From Gammaproteobacteria bacterium (GTDB lineage: Bacteria; Pseudomonadota; Gammaproteobacteria; Steroidobacterales; Foliamicaceae): DNA of 64,000 nt. The notes under the pieces were generated by a model. The model was given only the letters and a program-made list of their open reading frames with translations. It had not been told where the DNA came from and searched no databases. This document shows positions 47,097 to 56,597 of this stretch, piece by piece; position 1 is the stretch's first letter; each line of letters starts with the position of its first letter. The stretch is from positions 24,435-88,434 of the forward strand of contig VYBN01000003.1 in the NCBI GenBank assembly GCA_009844425.1, given 5' to 3'. The position numbers and the translations under genes were made by a program.

Positions 47097-47957
47097 ATGA
47101 AGAAAACGCTGCTGCTCGCTCTGGCCGCATCGCTGCCGCTCACCTGGAACCAGGGGGCAATGGCGCAGGACTGGAGCAGGGAATACGAGACCACGAAGAT
47201 TTCCGATCGCCTCTATACCTTCTGGCGCAGGGGAATCCGCAATATCTTCGTGGTCACGGACGAAGGGGTCATCGCTACCGATCCGATCAGTCCGGAGGCC
47301 GCCGAAGTCTATCGGGCGGAAATCGCGAAGGTTACGGACCTGCCGGTGCGCTACGTGATCTACAGCCATGAACACTGGGACCACGTGCTGGGCGGACAGA
47401 TCTTCAAGGACGAGGGCGCCGAGTTCATCAGCCACGAGAATTGCCTGAAGTTCTTCTTCCGCAATCCGAACCCGGACCTCGTGATCCCGGACCGGACCAT
47501 CTCCGGAAACACGCTTTTCAGCCTGGGCGGCGAGAGTTTTCATCTGCGCTATCTGGGCGAGAACCACGGCGATTGCCTGCTGGTTTTCGACTTTCCCGAG
47601 GAGCGGGCGATCTACCTGGCGGACCTGGCGACCGACGGTTTCATAGGCCTGGGCACAATGCCGGATTACGACCTCATCGAATACCTGCGTTCGCTGCGCG
47701 AGATCGAAGCCATGGATTTTGACCTGATGATCGGCGCGCACGGACCGGCCCGAGCGGGCAAGGACGCGGTCGTGATCCGGCGCCGCTGGATGGAAACGAT
47801 CATTGACGCGGTGGGCCGGGAACTGGAAGCCGGCACGCCGGTTGCCGCGATCGCCGGCAAGCTGCATTTTCCGGAGTTCGAGCACCTGCGCGGCTACCAA
47901 TCGCAGTTGCCGGCCTTCGTGCTGCGAATGGCCCAGTTCCACGAGATGGGCTGGTAG
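47097..47957 (+). CDS. secreted metallo-beta-lactamase-fold hydrolase
   Basis: ATG at 47097, a signal peptide (MKKTLLLALAASLPL) and YSHEHWDH (HxHxDH). Confidence 0.8.
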   Translation: MKKTLLLALAASLPLTWNQGAMAQDWSREYETTKISDRLYTFWRRGIRNIFVVTDEGVIATDPISPEAAEVYRAEIAKVTDLPVRYVIYSHEHWDHVLGGQIFKDEGAEFISHENCLKFFFRNPNPDLVIPDRTISGNTLFSLGGESFHLRYLGENHGDCLLVFDFPEERAIYLADLATDGFIGLGTMPDYDLIEYLRSLREIEAMDFDLMIGAHGPARAGKDAVVIRRRWMETIIDAVGRELEAGTPVAAIAGKLHFPEFEHLRGYQSQLPAFVLRMAQFHEMGW

Positions 47958-47981
47958 CGCGCGGACCCGCGCGGAGGCAGC

Positions 47982-48797
47982 GTGCCCGAGCTGCCGGAGG
48001 TCGAGACGACCCGCCGCGGCATCGAGCCGCTGGTGGCGGGCTCTCGGGTTGAGCGGGTCGCCGTTCGCGAACGGCGGCTCAGATGGCCGATTCCCGGGGA
48101 GGTGGAGCGCCAGCTCACCGGCGCCACAATGCTTGGCGTCCGGCGCAGGGCCAAGTACCTCCTCCTGGAAAGCGAGCGCGGAACGGCCATTGCCCACCTG
48201 GGAATGTCGGGCAGCTTCTCCGTCGTGGCGGCCGGGACCGAGCCGGGCGTCCACGATCACTATGACGTGATTTTCGATGGCGGCAAGGCCCTGAGGTTTA
48301 CCGACCCGCGAAAGTTCGGCAGCCTGCTTTGGGGCGGCCGCGAACCCCTGCGCCACAAACTGCTGGCGGACCTCGGTCCCGAGCCCTTCAGCGCCGAATT
48401 CAGCGGAGCCTGGCTGAAGAAGCGCTCGCTTGGACGCAGGGTCGCCGTGAAGTCGTTTCTGATGATGCCGGCGGTGGTTGCGGGCATGGGCAATATCTAC
48501 GCCAGCGAGGCGCTCTACCGGGCCGGCATACACCCGCGCCGCGCCGCCGGCCGGATCGCATTGCGCCGCTACGAAGCGCTGGCCCGGGTCATTCGCGACG
48601 TGCTGGGCGAAGCCATCGAGTCGGGCGGGACCACATTGCGCGACTTCGCCGACGCAAGCGGCCGCCCCGGTTATTTCGCACAGCGGCTGGACGTTTACGA
48701 CAGGGCAGGGCGTGAGTGCCGACGCTGCGGCTCGGCGATCAGGCGGCGCGTCATCGGGCAGCGCGCCAGCTACTACTGCGCGCGCTGCCAGGGATAG
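47982..48797 (+). CDS. mutM: formamidopyrimidine-DNA glycosylase
   Basis: GTG start followed by PELPEVET. The C-terminal zinc finger is CRRCGSAI...YYCARCQ. Confidence 0.95.
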   Translation: MPELPEVETTRRGIEPLVAGSRVERVAVRERRLRWPIPGEVERQLTGATMLGVRRRAKYLLLESERGTAIAHLGMSGSFSVVAAGTEPGVHDHYDVIFDGGKALRFTDPRKFGSLLWGGREPLRHKLLADLGPEPFSAEFSGAWLKKRSLGRRVAVKSFLMMPAVVAGMGNIYASEALYRAGIHPRRAAGRIALRRYEALARVIRDVLGEAIESGGTTLRDFADASGRPGYFAQRLDVYDRAGRECRRCGSAIRRRVIGQRASYYCARCQG

Positions 48798-48825
48798 CAG
48801 GCGATGGAGGGCGGGACACTTCGTA

Positions 48826-48933
48826 GCCTTTTCTTCACCCCCTTCTTCCGGGAGTTTGTGAGCCAGGGATGGCGGAACAAAGCTCCATGGATGGATTCAT
48901 GCGTCTCCCGGAAGAAGGGGGCGAAGAAAAGGC
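48826..48933. repeat. A-family long hairpin (29-bp stem, conserved core)
   Basis: Arms 48826-48854 and 48905-48933 have 1 mismatch. The core is nearly identical to 31684-31733. It sits between convergent mutM and ggt. Confidence 0.9.
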
Positions 48934-48953
48934 GAAATCGAAGCGCTCCCGGA

Positions 48954-50675
48954 TCAGCGGACGTCGGAGCCGCCGTTGCGGCGGGGATCGCTGGCGGCCG
49001 TCAGCGTAGCGTCGGCGTATTCGAGGGTGATCGCCTGCATATTGCCCCAGGGACGGGAAGATTCCCGCAATTCGTGGCCCAGCTCCGCGAGCGCTGCCTG
49101 CAGATCCTCGTCCATCGCGCCGGCCTCGAACGACACCGAGTCCGGGATGTACTGGTGGTGAACGCGGGGCAGGCTGACGATGCCTTCCGCGTCCGCGCCC
49201 TCCATCCAGGCCAGCGCGCCCAGCAGCACCATCGTCACGATGCGGCTGCCACCCGGCGTGCCGAGGATCGCCAGACCGCGTCCGGACTCAAGGAAGGTGG
49301 GCGTCATGCTGGAGAGCATGCGCTTGCCCGGTTCGATACCGTTGGCGTGCGAGTGCACGAGCCCGAACGCATTGGGCGCTCCGCGCTTCACCGAGAAGTC
49401 GTCCATCTCGTTGTTCAGGATCACGCCGGTGCCCGGCGGGACGAAGCCGGAACCGAACAGCGTGTTGATCGTCTGCGTTACCGCGGCGCGGTTGCCGTCC
49501 TTGTCCAGCACCGAGAAGTGGCTGGTGTCGGTCCCCAGGGGCCGCTGACTGACCGGACCGGGCAGGGTGTCGCTGGGCGTGGCGCGATCCATGCGCACGC
49601 TGGCCAGCAACCCGTCGGCGTACCAGGGATGGATCAGCCGCTCGACCGGAACCGGAACGAAGTCCGGGTCGCCGAGATATTCGGCCCGGTCCCGGTACGC
49701 GCGACGGATTGCCTCGACCAGCAGGTGCGTCCGGGCCGGATCCTCGAGTTGCGCATAACCCCGGTGGCGGAGCATGTTGAACACCTGCGCCAGCGCCACT
49801 CCGCCGGCCGACGGCGGCGGCGCGGTGGTGACCTCGACCCCTCCGTAGTCGAAGCGGACCGGTTGCCGCTCGATAATCCGGTAGGCCGCCAGGTCCTCCA
49901 TGCTCCAGATGCCGCCTGCGTCACGCACGCCCGTGACGAGGAGTTCGGCCCTGGGACCGGTGTAGAAGCCCGCCGCACCTTCGGAACTCAAGATTGCGAG
50001 AGTATCGGCGAGGTCGGGCCGGCGGATCATTTCGCCGACGGGCGGCGTTTCTCCGCCCGGCATGAACATTTCGACGAACGCGGGCGAGGGCGAGCCCATG
50101 CGGGGAAAGGCCCGCAGCAGCCTTTGGGTCCCCTCGGTTACCGGCAGGCCCTCGCGCGCCAGCCGGATTGCCGGCGCCAGGCTTTGCTCGAGCGGCAGGC
50201 GGCCGTACTGGTTCGCGATGTGCTCAAGCGCCGCCGGCAGCCCCGGGATGCCCGCGGCCAGCGGACCGGACAGCGAGGCGCGCCGGACCGGCTCGCCGTT
50301 CTCATCCAGGTACATGTCGCGGGTCGCCGCGCCGGGCGCGGTTTCCCTTCCGTCGACAAACACGCTGGACTCATCGGCCGCCCTATGCAGAAGGAAAAAA
50401 CCGCCGCCGCCGATACCCGAGCTATGCGGCTCGGCAACCGAAAGCGCGGCGCTGACCGCAACGGCCGCGTCGAAAGCGTTGCCGCCCCGGGAGAGAATTT
50501 CGAAGCCCGCAGCGGTGGCGGCGGGATGGGCGCTCGCTATGGCTGCGTGCCCGGGACCGGTTGCCCTTGCAACCTTGCCCATCCCGTCTTCGGCGTGAGC
50601 GCCGCCGGCCGCGGCAATCCATAGCAGAAGGGCCGGCAGCAGGAATTGGCCGGCCCGGGGCAGAATCAATTTCAT
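48954..50675 (-). CDS. ggt: gamma-glutamyltransferase
   Basis: 573 aa with a signal peptide. The autoprocessing site context is GTDTSHFSV, plus a GGSRI motif. Confidence 0.9.
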   Translation of the reverse strand: MKLILPRAGQFLLPALLLWIAAAGGAHAEDGMGKVARATGPGHAAIASAHPAATAAGFEILSRGGNAFDAAVAVSAALSVAEPHSSGIGGGGFFLLHRAADESSVFVDGRETAPGAATRDMYLDENGEPVRRASLSGPLAAGIPGLPAALEHIANQYGRLPLEQSLAPAIRLAREGLPVTEGTQRLLRAFPRMGSPSPAFVEMFMPGGETPPVGEMIRRPDLADTLAILSSEGAAGFYTGPRAELLVTGVRDAGGIWSMEDLAAYRIIERQPVRFDYGGVEVTTAPPPSAGGVALAQVFNMLRHRGYAQLEDPARTHLLVEAIRRAYRDRAEYLGDPDFVPVPVERLIHPWYADGLLASVRMDRATPSDTLPGPVSQRPLGTDTSHFSVLDKDGNRAAVTQTINTLFGSGFVPPGTGVILNNEMDDFSVKRGAPNAFGLVHSHANGIEPGKRMLSSMTPTFLESGRGLAILGTPGGSRIVTMVLLGALAWMEGADAEGIVSLPRVHHQYIPDSVSFEAGAMDEDLQAALAELGHELRESSRPWGNMQAITLEYADATLTAASDPRRNGGSDVR

Positions 50676-51178
50676 TACAGGTGCTCCTTGAGCGCGGTCA
50701 CTACTACCGGATGTACGAAATTCGATACGTCGCCGCCCATTCCCGCGATCTCCCGGACCAGGGACGACGAGACATGGGCGTAGCCCTCCGAGGGTGTCAG
50801 ATATACCGTCTCTATCGACGGGTCCAGGCGCCGGTTCATGCTGGCGAGCTGGAATTCGTGCTCGAAGTCGCTGACCGCGCGCAGTCCGCGAAGGATCGCG
50901 TGCAGCCCGTTGGCGCGCGCATATTCCACCGTCAGACCTTCGTATCCTTCAACGCGCGCCTCGGGCACGTCGGCCAGCACTTCGGCGGCCAGGCGGATTC
51001 GGGTCTCCAGGTCGAACATCGGCGATTTCGAGGGACTTGCCGCCACGGCCACGACAACTTCGTCGAACAGCGCCGCGGCCCGGCTGACCAGGTCGGAGTG
51101 GCCGTTGGTAATGGGGTCGAAGGTGCCGGGATACATGATTCCCCGCCGGGCACCCGCGCTGCTCCGCCTTGCGTTCAT
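50675..51178 (-). CDS. coaD: pantetheine-phosphate adenylyltransferase
   Basis: YPGTFDPITNGHSDLV (T/HxGH). Its stop overlaps the ggt ATG by 1 nt (TAATG). Confidence 0.9.
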   Translation of the reverse strand: MNARRSSAGARRGIMYPGTFDPITNGHSDLVSRAAALFDEVVVAVAASPSKSPMFDLETRIRLAAEVLADVPEARVEGYEGLTVEYARANGLHAILRGLRAVSDFEHEFQLASMNRRLDPSIETVYLTPSEGYAHVSSSLVREIAGMGGDVSNFVHPVVVTALKEHL

Positions 51179-51201
51179 GTTTCTGGCTTGGTGTCGCGAC
51201 G

Positions 51202-51771
51202 CTAAGGCCGTTTCCGGCCGGCCAGCGTCATGCGTACGTCCCCGACAACTTTTTCGCGCAGCATTTCCAGTTCCAGCGGTAGTTCAATCAACGGGTCGCG
51301 CTTGCCGGCTTCCAGGTACAGGCGGCAATTGTCCGCGAGCCATCCGTTTCGGGCAAGCAGTTTACAGCAGCGCGCCGCAAGGCCGCTTCCGAAGGGCGGA
51401 TCCATGAACACGATGTCCATGCGCTTGCGCGCGCCGCATTTCTCGAGCCAACCGGCGGCGTCGGCCCGTTCGACTCGGCCGGCCACCTGCCACTCGTCAA
51501 CGACCCGCCGCAGCATCCCGGCCGCCGAGCGCCCCGACTCCACGAATACGCAATGAGCCGCGCCGCGCGACAGCGCTTCCAGACCCAGCGCACCGGCGCC
51601 GGCAAACAGGTCCAGGCAGTGCGCCCCGCGCACTTCCGGCGCGAGCCAGTCGAACAGGGTTTCGCGGGCGCGCACGGGCGTGGGCCGCGCGGTGGGCGGC
51701 ACTTCAAGCAGGCGGCCGCGCAGACTTCCGCCGGCGATCCGAACCTGGCCCCGATGTTTACTGGATGGCAT
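51202..51771 (-). CDS. rsmD: 16S rRNA (guanine966-N2)-methyltransferase
   Basis: 189 aa with DLFAGAGALGLEALSRGA and FMDPPF motifs. Confidence 0.85.
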   Translation of the reverse strand: MPSSKHRGQVRIAGGSLRGRLLEVPPTARPTPVRARETLFDWLAPEVRGAHCLDLFAGAGALGLEALSRGAAHCVFVESGRSAAGMLRRVVDEWQVAGRVERADAAGWLEKCGARKRMDIVFMDPPFGSGLAARCCKLLARNGWLADNCRLYLEAGKRDPLIELPLELEMLREKVVGDVRMTLAGRKRP

Positions 51772-51843
51772 GGCGCGAGAGTATCATTTCGCGCTCACGC
51801 CCGCTGTTGAAGCAAAGGCACCGGCAGGACGGACAGCAGGTCC

Positions 51844-52512
51844 ATGATTCGCCTTCAGGAAGTAACCATGCGCTACCGCGGGGGCGCGGAAGCGTTGTCG
51901 GAGGTCAGCCTCTCCGTCGATCCGGGCGAATTCACCTATCTCACAGGACCTTCGGGCGCCGGCAAGACCACGCTGATCAAGCTGCTGGCGGCGATAGAGC
52001 GGCCCACAAGAGGCCAGGTGTTCGTGCTGGGCCGCAATGTCGGACGGCTGAAGCGGCGGGCCGTCTGCAGTCACCGGCGTCGAATCGGCATCGTTTACCA
52101 GAACAACCTTCTGCTGGAGGATCGAAGCGCGTACGACAACGTCGCGCTGCCGCTGCATATTTCCGGCCTCGGTCCACGCGAGGTGCGGCGCCGGACCGAG
52201 GCGGCGCTCGATTCCGTGGGACTGCTGAAAAGCGCCCGCAGGTTCCCCAGGCTGCTGTCGCAGGGAGAACAGCAACGCCTCGGCATCGCCCGGGCTGTCG
52301 TGAACCGGCCGGAGCTTCTCGTGGCCGACGAGCCGACCGGCAACCTGGATCCCGAACTTTCGCGCGAGGTGATGAAGCTGTTTCGGCGGCTGGTGGGCTA
52401 CGGAGTGACCGCGCTGGTCGCGACCCACGATGTGGGGCTGATCGAGTCATTGCCCGCACGCCGAATCAGCCTGCTTAAGGGCCGGGTGGACTCCGGCACT
52501 TCGCCGTCATGA
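51844..52512 (+). CDS. ftsE: cell-division ABC ATPase FtsE
   Basis: GPSGAGKTT, LSQGEQQRLGIARA and LVADEPTGNLD motifs. Followed by ftsX with a 4-nt overlap. Confidence 0.9.
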   Translation: MIRLQEVTMRYRGGAEALSEVSLSVDPGEFTYLTGPSGAGKTTLIKLLAAIERPTRGQVFVLGRNVGRLKRRAVCSHRRRIGIVYQNNLLLEDRSAYDNVALPLHISGLGPREVRRRTEAALDSVGLLKSARRFPRLLSQGEQQRLGIARAVVNRPELLVADEPTGNLDPELSREVMKLFRRLVGYGVTALVATHDVGLIESLPARRISLLKGRVDSGTSPS

Positions 52513-53420
52513 ATCTGATGCGCTATCTCGAGCGGCACCTCGCCTGCTGCCGGTCGGAAGCCGTTCGGCTGGTCCGCCAGCCCATGGGCAGCCTGCTGAC
52601 GGTGGCCGCGATCGGTCTGCCGCTGGCCCTGCCCGCGGGCCTGAGCGCGGTATTGCAGAACATGGAGGGCCTGGCTGCGGCCTGGGGCGAAGCGCGCTCG
52701 TTTTCGATTTACCTCAAGCCGAACGTAAGCATTGCGGTGGCCGAACAACTGGCCGCCGACCTTCAGCGCAATCCCGCCGTCGGGGAGGTCCGGCGGATCA
52801 GCCCCGGGGAAGCCCTTGCGATCATGGAGGGCCGCAGCGAGTTTGCCGCGGCGATCGAGACCCTGGAGGAAAACCCCCTGCCGTGGACGCTCGTCATAGC
52901 GCCGGCGCCGGGCGCCTCGGAGAATGAATTCCTGGCGCTGCAGGACACCGCGGCAACGCTGGAGGAAGTGGACCAGGTGCGGGCCGACACGCAATGGCTG
53001 CAGAGAATGAGCGCCATACTCGCATTGGCCGGACAGGCCATGCTGCTGATCCTGGTCATGGTCCTGGTGGCGCTTGTCGTCATTATCGGGAACACGGTCA
53101 GGCTTGAAATACAGAGGCAGCGGGACGCCGTAGAGGTGATGTCGCTGCTGGGCGCCAGCCGCGGCTACCTGCGCCGGCCGTTCCTCTACCAGGGGTTCTG
53201 GTACGGCCTGGGGGGAGGCCTGCTGGCGGTCCTGCTGGTGCGGCTGGGCCTGTGGACGCTGGGCGGTACTTTCGCCGACCTGATGGCCCTGTACGAGAGC
53301 GACCGCGCGCTGAGCGGCGCCTCGTGGCGACAGGAACTGGCGATCCTGGGGATAGGCGCCCTTACCGGCTGGCTCGGCGCCTGGCGGGCGGTCGCCGGAC
53401 AGCTCCGCACTATCGAGTAA
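52509..53420 (+). CDS. ftsX: cell-division permease-like protein FtsX
   Basis: 303 aa with four TM segments and a large periplasmic loop. Its position after ftsE supports the call. Confidence 0.85.
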   Translation: MNLMRYLERHLACCRSEAVRLVRQPMGSLLTVAAIGLPLALPAGLSAVLQNMEGLAAAWGEARSFSIYLKPNVSIAVAEQLAADLQRNPAVGEVRRISPGEALAIMEGRSEFAAAIETLEENPLPWTLVIAPAPGASENEFLALQDTAATLEEVDQVRADTQWLQRMSAILALAGQAMLLILVMVLVALVVIIGNTVRLEIQRQRDAVEVMSLLGASRGYLRRPFLYQGFWYGLGGGLLAVLLVRLGLWTLGGTFADLMALYESDRALSGASWRQELAILGIGALTGWLGAWRAVAGQLRTIE

Positions 53421-53432
53421 TCGCGGCTACCT

Positions 53433-53499
53433 GGGAGGGAGGGCGTCCCGCCCTCCGCGAAGGCGAGACGCCGCGAGGGTCATGCCCTCGCTCCCGGGA
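53433..53499. repeat. REP-like C-family element
   Basis: GAGGGCG-tcc-CGCCCTC (53439-53455) plus the core GGCGAGACGCCGCGAGGGTCATGCCCTCGCTCCCGGGA (53462-53499). It sits between convergent ftsX and the ABC ATPase gene. Confidence 0.8.
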
Positions 53500-53514
53500 A
53501 AGTCGAGCAAGGCA

Positions 53515-54489
53515 TTACGCCTTCGCCGCGTCGGGCTGTTCGAGGGCGGACCCGGGTTCGCGGTCGGGCAGCTTGGGAAGGTCGGGCATGGTCAGGCGGA
53601 CAAACAGTTCTTCCAGCCGGTTGGTCTTGTGGCGGATGCTAAGCACCTGTATGCCAGCGGCGTTCAGCAACTCGAAGAACTCGTTGAGACTGCGCGTTGC
53701 CGGAACTTCCACTTCCATTTCATAGCGGCTGCGCCAATGAACCTGGAATCCCGCGAATTTCTGACCCGGGCTGGCCGCCTGCTGCAATGAAATAACGAAG
53801 TGCTGTTCCGGCAACTGCCGCAACACCTGCTCCATGCGGTCCTCGACCACGATTTCGCCCCGGTCGAGGATGGCGATACGCCGGCAAAGGTGTTCGGCCT
53901 CCTCGAGGTAATGGGTGGTCAGGATAATGGTCACGCCCCGTTCGTTGATTTCCTGCAGCAGGTCCCACATGGAACGGCGGATCTCGATATCCACGCCCGC
54001 CGTGGGCTCGTCCAGGATCAGCAGTTTCGGTTCGTGCACCATCGCCCGGGCGATCATCAGTCGCCGCTTCATTCCGCCGGAAAGCGTTCGGGTCAGCATG
54101 TTGCGCTCGTCCCATAGACGCACCGCCCTGAGGCACTTCTCGGCGTTGCGCCGGGCCTGCCGCGGGGTCAGGCCGAAGTACCCGGCCTGGTGCATCATCG
54201 TGGGCATCGGCCGCTCGAACATGTTGAGGTTCACTTCCTGCGGCGTCACGCCTATGCATCGTTTTACCGCGGCCGGGTTCGTATCGAGATCATGGCCATA
54301 CACGTGGACCTTACCGGCGGTCTTGTTGACCAGCGTGGTGATGATGCCGATGGCGGTGGTCTTGCCGGCGCCGTTGGGGCCCAGCAGAGCGTAGAATTCG
54401 CCCTCGCGCACGGTGAGATCGATGCCCTTGAGCGCCTCTACGCCGTTGGGATAGACCTTGGCGAGTCCTTTCAGGGAGAGTGCTTCCAC
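53515..54489 (-). CDS. ABC-2-type transporter ATP-binding protein (YadG/DrrA-like)
   Basis: GTG start. GPNGAGKTT, LSGGMKRRLMIARA and LILDEPTAGVD motifs, plus a C-terminal extension. No permease gene is adjacent. Confidence 0.85.
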   Translation of the reverse strand: MEALSLKGLAKVYPNGVEALKGIDLTVREGEFYALLGPNGAGKTTAIGIITTLVNKTAGKVHVYGHDLDTNPAAVKRCIGVTPQEVNLNMFERPMPTMMHQAGYFGLTPRQARRNAEKCLRAVRLWDERNMLTRTLSGGMKRRLMIARAMVHEPKLLILDEPTAGVDIEIRRSMWDLLQEINERGVTIILTTHYLEEAEHLCRRIAILDRGEIVVEDRMEQVLRQLPEQHFVISLQQAASPGQKFAGFQVHWRSRYEMEVEVPATRSLNEFFELLNAAGIQVLSIRHKTNRLEELFVRLTMPDLPKLPDREPGSALEQPDAAKA

Positions 54490-54556
54490 GGCGCTCCATT
54501 GTGCAGGCCCCGCCCGGTAAAGGAAAGTGGCTTTGTCGCTTTGATCCCGCCTTTTC

Positions 54557-54810
54557 GTGCTTCCTCACCCTTTGTTCGTCCCCCTCCTCGTTGGAGTCGC
54601 CATCCTGGCTCGATTCTCGCTGTCCCTGCTTCAACGCTCCCACGAGGAGGGGGACGAACAAAGGGCTTAAGCCGGCGCCGCCTGCTATAGGTTCCTCTTG
54701 CACCCCGGTTCCGGGAACGTCGGAGGCAGGGATGCCGACGCCGAGCCCACAGGGATGTGCTCGCTGGCGGTTCCCGGAACCGGGGTGCAAGAGGAACCGA
54801 AGGGTTTGCG
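54557..54810. repeat. composite palindromic intergenic element (B1 hairpin plus B2 hairpin)
   Basis: B1 arms 54568-54591 and 54642-54665 (24 bp perfect) flank a 50-nt core. B2 arms 54690-54718 and 54770-54798 (29 bp perfect) flank a 51-nt core. The unit is colinear with 16630-16972. Confidence 0.9.
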
Positions 54811-54845
54811 CTACGTTGCGTCCGCGGTTGCGCCAACAGGGATTG

Positions 54846-54861
54846 TGTGCATAATATGCGC
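54846..54861 (+). promoter_or_regulatory. possible ArgR operator (ARG-box-like palindrome) in an AT-rich promoter stretch
   Basis: The palindrome GCATA-A-TATGC (54849-54859) sits in the only AT-rich patch upstream of argR. Half-sites and spacing differ from the E. coli TGAAT-w4-ATTCA consensus. Confidence 0.25.
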
Positions 54862-54907
54862 CTTCTATTCTTTTTATGAGCATCTTATGCCAATGGGGAC
54901 GGACAGT

Positions 54908-55345
54908 ATGGCCCGCCGCCACGAGGTCATCGCAGACATCATCACGGGCCAGACCGTGGCCAGTCAGGCGCAACTCGGCCGGCTGCTGGCTGAGCGCGGC
55001 ATACGCGTTACGCAGTCGTGCATAAGCCGTGACCTGTCGGTCATAGGCGCGGTCAAGCGGGGCCGCGCGTACTCCGTTGCGTCCTCGGATATTTCCGAGG
55101 GGGACCGGCAAACGCTTGCCACTTATGTGCGCGGCCTGGCCAACGCCGGACCCAACCTCGCGATCGTGCGGACCGCGACCGGGGCGGCCCAGCGGATTGC
55201 GCTGTTCCTCGATCGCTGCGGCTGGCCCGAGATCGTGGCGACCGTGGCCGGGGACGATACGATCTTCGTCGCCACCCGCAACCGGGACGAACAGCGCGTA
55301 TTGCTGGCGCGCCTGCGCCGCGAAATGACCCCGGTTTTATCCTGA
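54908..55345 (+). CDS. argR: arginine repressor
   Basis: MARRHEVIADIITGQTVASQAQLGRLLAERGIRVTQSCISRDL is a winged-helix N-terminal domain. The C-terminal domain has GDDTIFV. Alternative ATGs lie at 54887 and 54893. Confidence 0.85.
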   Translation: MARRHEVIADIITGQTVASQAQLGRLLAERGIRVTQSCISRDLSVIGAVKRGRAYSVASSDISEGDRQTLATYVRGLANAGPNLAIVRTATGAAQRIALFLDRCGWPEIVATVAGDDTIFVATRNRDEQRVLLARLRREMTPVLS

Positions 55346-55370
55346 ACTCAAGGCAACGCGGCAACCACCC

Positions 55371-56597
55371 ATGAGCACCTCCTCAATAGTGCTGGCTTAT
55401 TCCGGCGGACTGGATACCTCGTTCTGCGTGCCCTGGCTGACCGAGAAGTATCGGCGCCCGGTGGTAACGCTTACGGTCAATACCGGCGGCATCGATTCCG
55501 GCCAGGCTGAATCGCTGGAGCGCCGGGCCCTGGCGTTGGGCGCCCGGCGGCATCTGCTGGTGGAAGCGCGCCCGCAGTTCTTCGATGAAGTGATCCGCCA
55601 TCTCATCGCCGGCAACGTGCGGCGCGGGCACACGTATCCGCTGTGCGTGGGCGCCGAGCGGAGCGTGCAGGCGAAAATCCTGGCCCGCACCGCGCAGGAG
55701 CTGGGCAGCGACACCGTAGCGCATGGCTGCACCGCCGCCGGCAACGACCAGTTCCGTTTCGAAATGGCCATGCGCGCGCTGGCGCCCGAAATCACCGTGC
55801 TGGCGCCGGTGCGCGACGAGTCCTTCCAGCGTCGCGAGCAGGTCGCGTACCTGGCCGAGCGTGGCGCGCCGCAACTTCCGCAGGGCGGCGATTACTCGAT
55901 CAACCGGGGGCTGTGGGGCGTGACGATCGGCGGCCGCGAGACCCTGACTTCCGCGGGCTCCATCCCGGAAACGGCCTGGGTGCTGTCCGCGGGTGCGCTG
56001 GAGGATCCGCTTCCCCGGGAGCCGCATGAACTGGAATTCGAGGCGGGGCTGCCGGTTGCCTGGGACGGCGAAGCCATGCAGCCCGTGGAGCTGATCGAAA
56101 CGCTCGAAACAGCCGGTGGCCGGTTCGGAATCGGCCGGGGCATCCACCTGGGCGACACGATACTCGGCTCCAAGGGCCGGGTGGCCTACGAAGCGCCGGC
56201 CGCGGAAATTCTCCTGTGCGCGCATCGCGAACTGGAAAAACTCACGCTGGGCGCCGGACAGATGCGGGTCAAGGACACGCTGGCGGCCGTCTACGGCGAT
56301 CTGGTTCACGAGGGCAGGCAACTCGATCCGGTCTGCCGGGACATCGAGGCCTTTTTCGACTGTTCGCAGGCGCGGGTATCGGGGCGCGTGCACCTGGCGC
56401 TGCAGCCCGGAGCGGTCTGGGTCCGCGGCGTCGAATCGCCCCATTCGCTGCTGGCCGCAAGCCGGGGCGTGTACGGGGAGAAGGCCGGGGAATGGTCTCC
56501 GCGCGATGCGCTGGGCGCGGCCCGGGTCATGTCGCTGCCCGGCATGCTGCACAGTCGCGTGGGCGAAATGGCTAAGGGAGGTGGCGGCGATGCGTAG
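55371..56597 (+). CDS. argG: argininosuccinate synthase
   Basis: The N-terminal motif is VLAYSGGLDTS. Product length is 408 aa. Confidence 0.95.
   Translation: MSTSSIVLAYSGGLDTSFCVPWLTEKYRRPVVTLTVNTGGIDSGQAESLERRALALGARRHLLVEARPQFFDEVIRHLIAGNVRRGHTYPLCVGAERSVQAKILARTAQELGSDTVAHGCTAAGNDQFRFEMAMRALAPEITVLAPVRDESFQRREQVAYLAERGAPQLPQGGDYSINRGLWGVTIGGRETLTSAGSIPETAWVLSAGALEDPLPREPHELEFEAGLPVAWDGEAMQPVELIETLETAGGRFGIGRGIHLGDTILGSKGRVAYEAPAAEILLCAHRELEKLTLGAGQMRVKDTLAAVYGDLVHEGRQLDPVCRDIEAFFDCSQARVSGRVHLALQPGAVWVRGVESPHSLLAASRGVYGEKAGEWSPRDALGAARVMSLPGMLHSRVGEMAKGGGGDA

Noticed and set aside
54846-54905. A confident ArgR regulon operator upstream of argR.
   Set aside because: There is only one imperfect palindrome, and its half-site sequence and spacing differ from the E. 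coli ARG box. It is kept only as a low-confidence feature.
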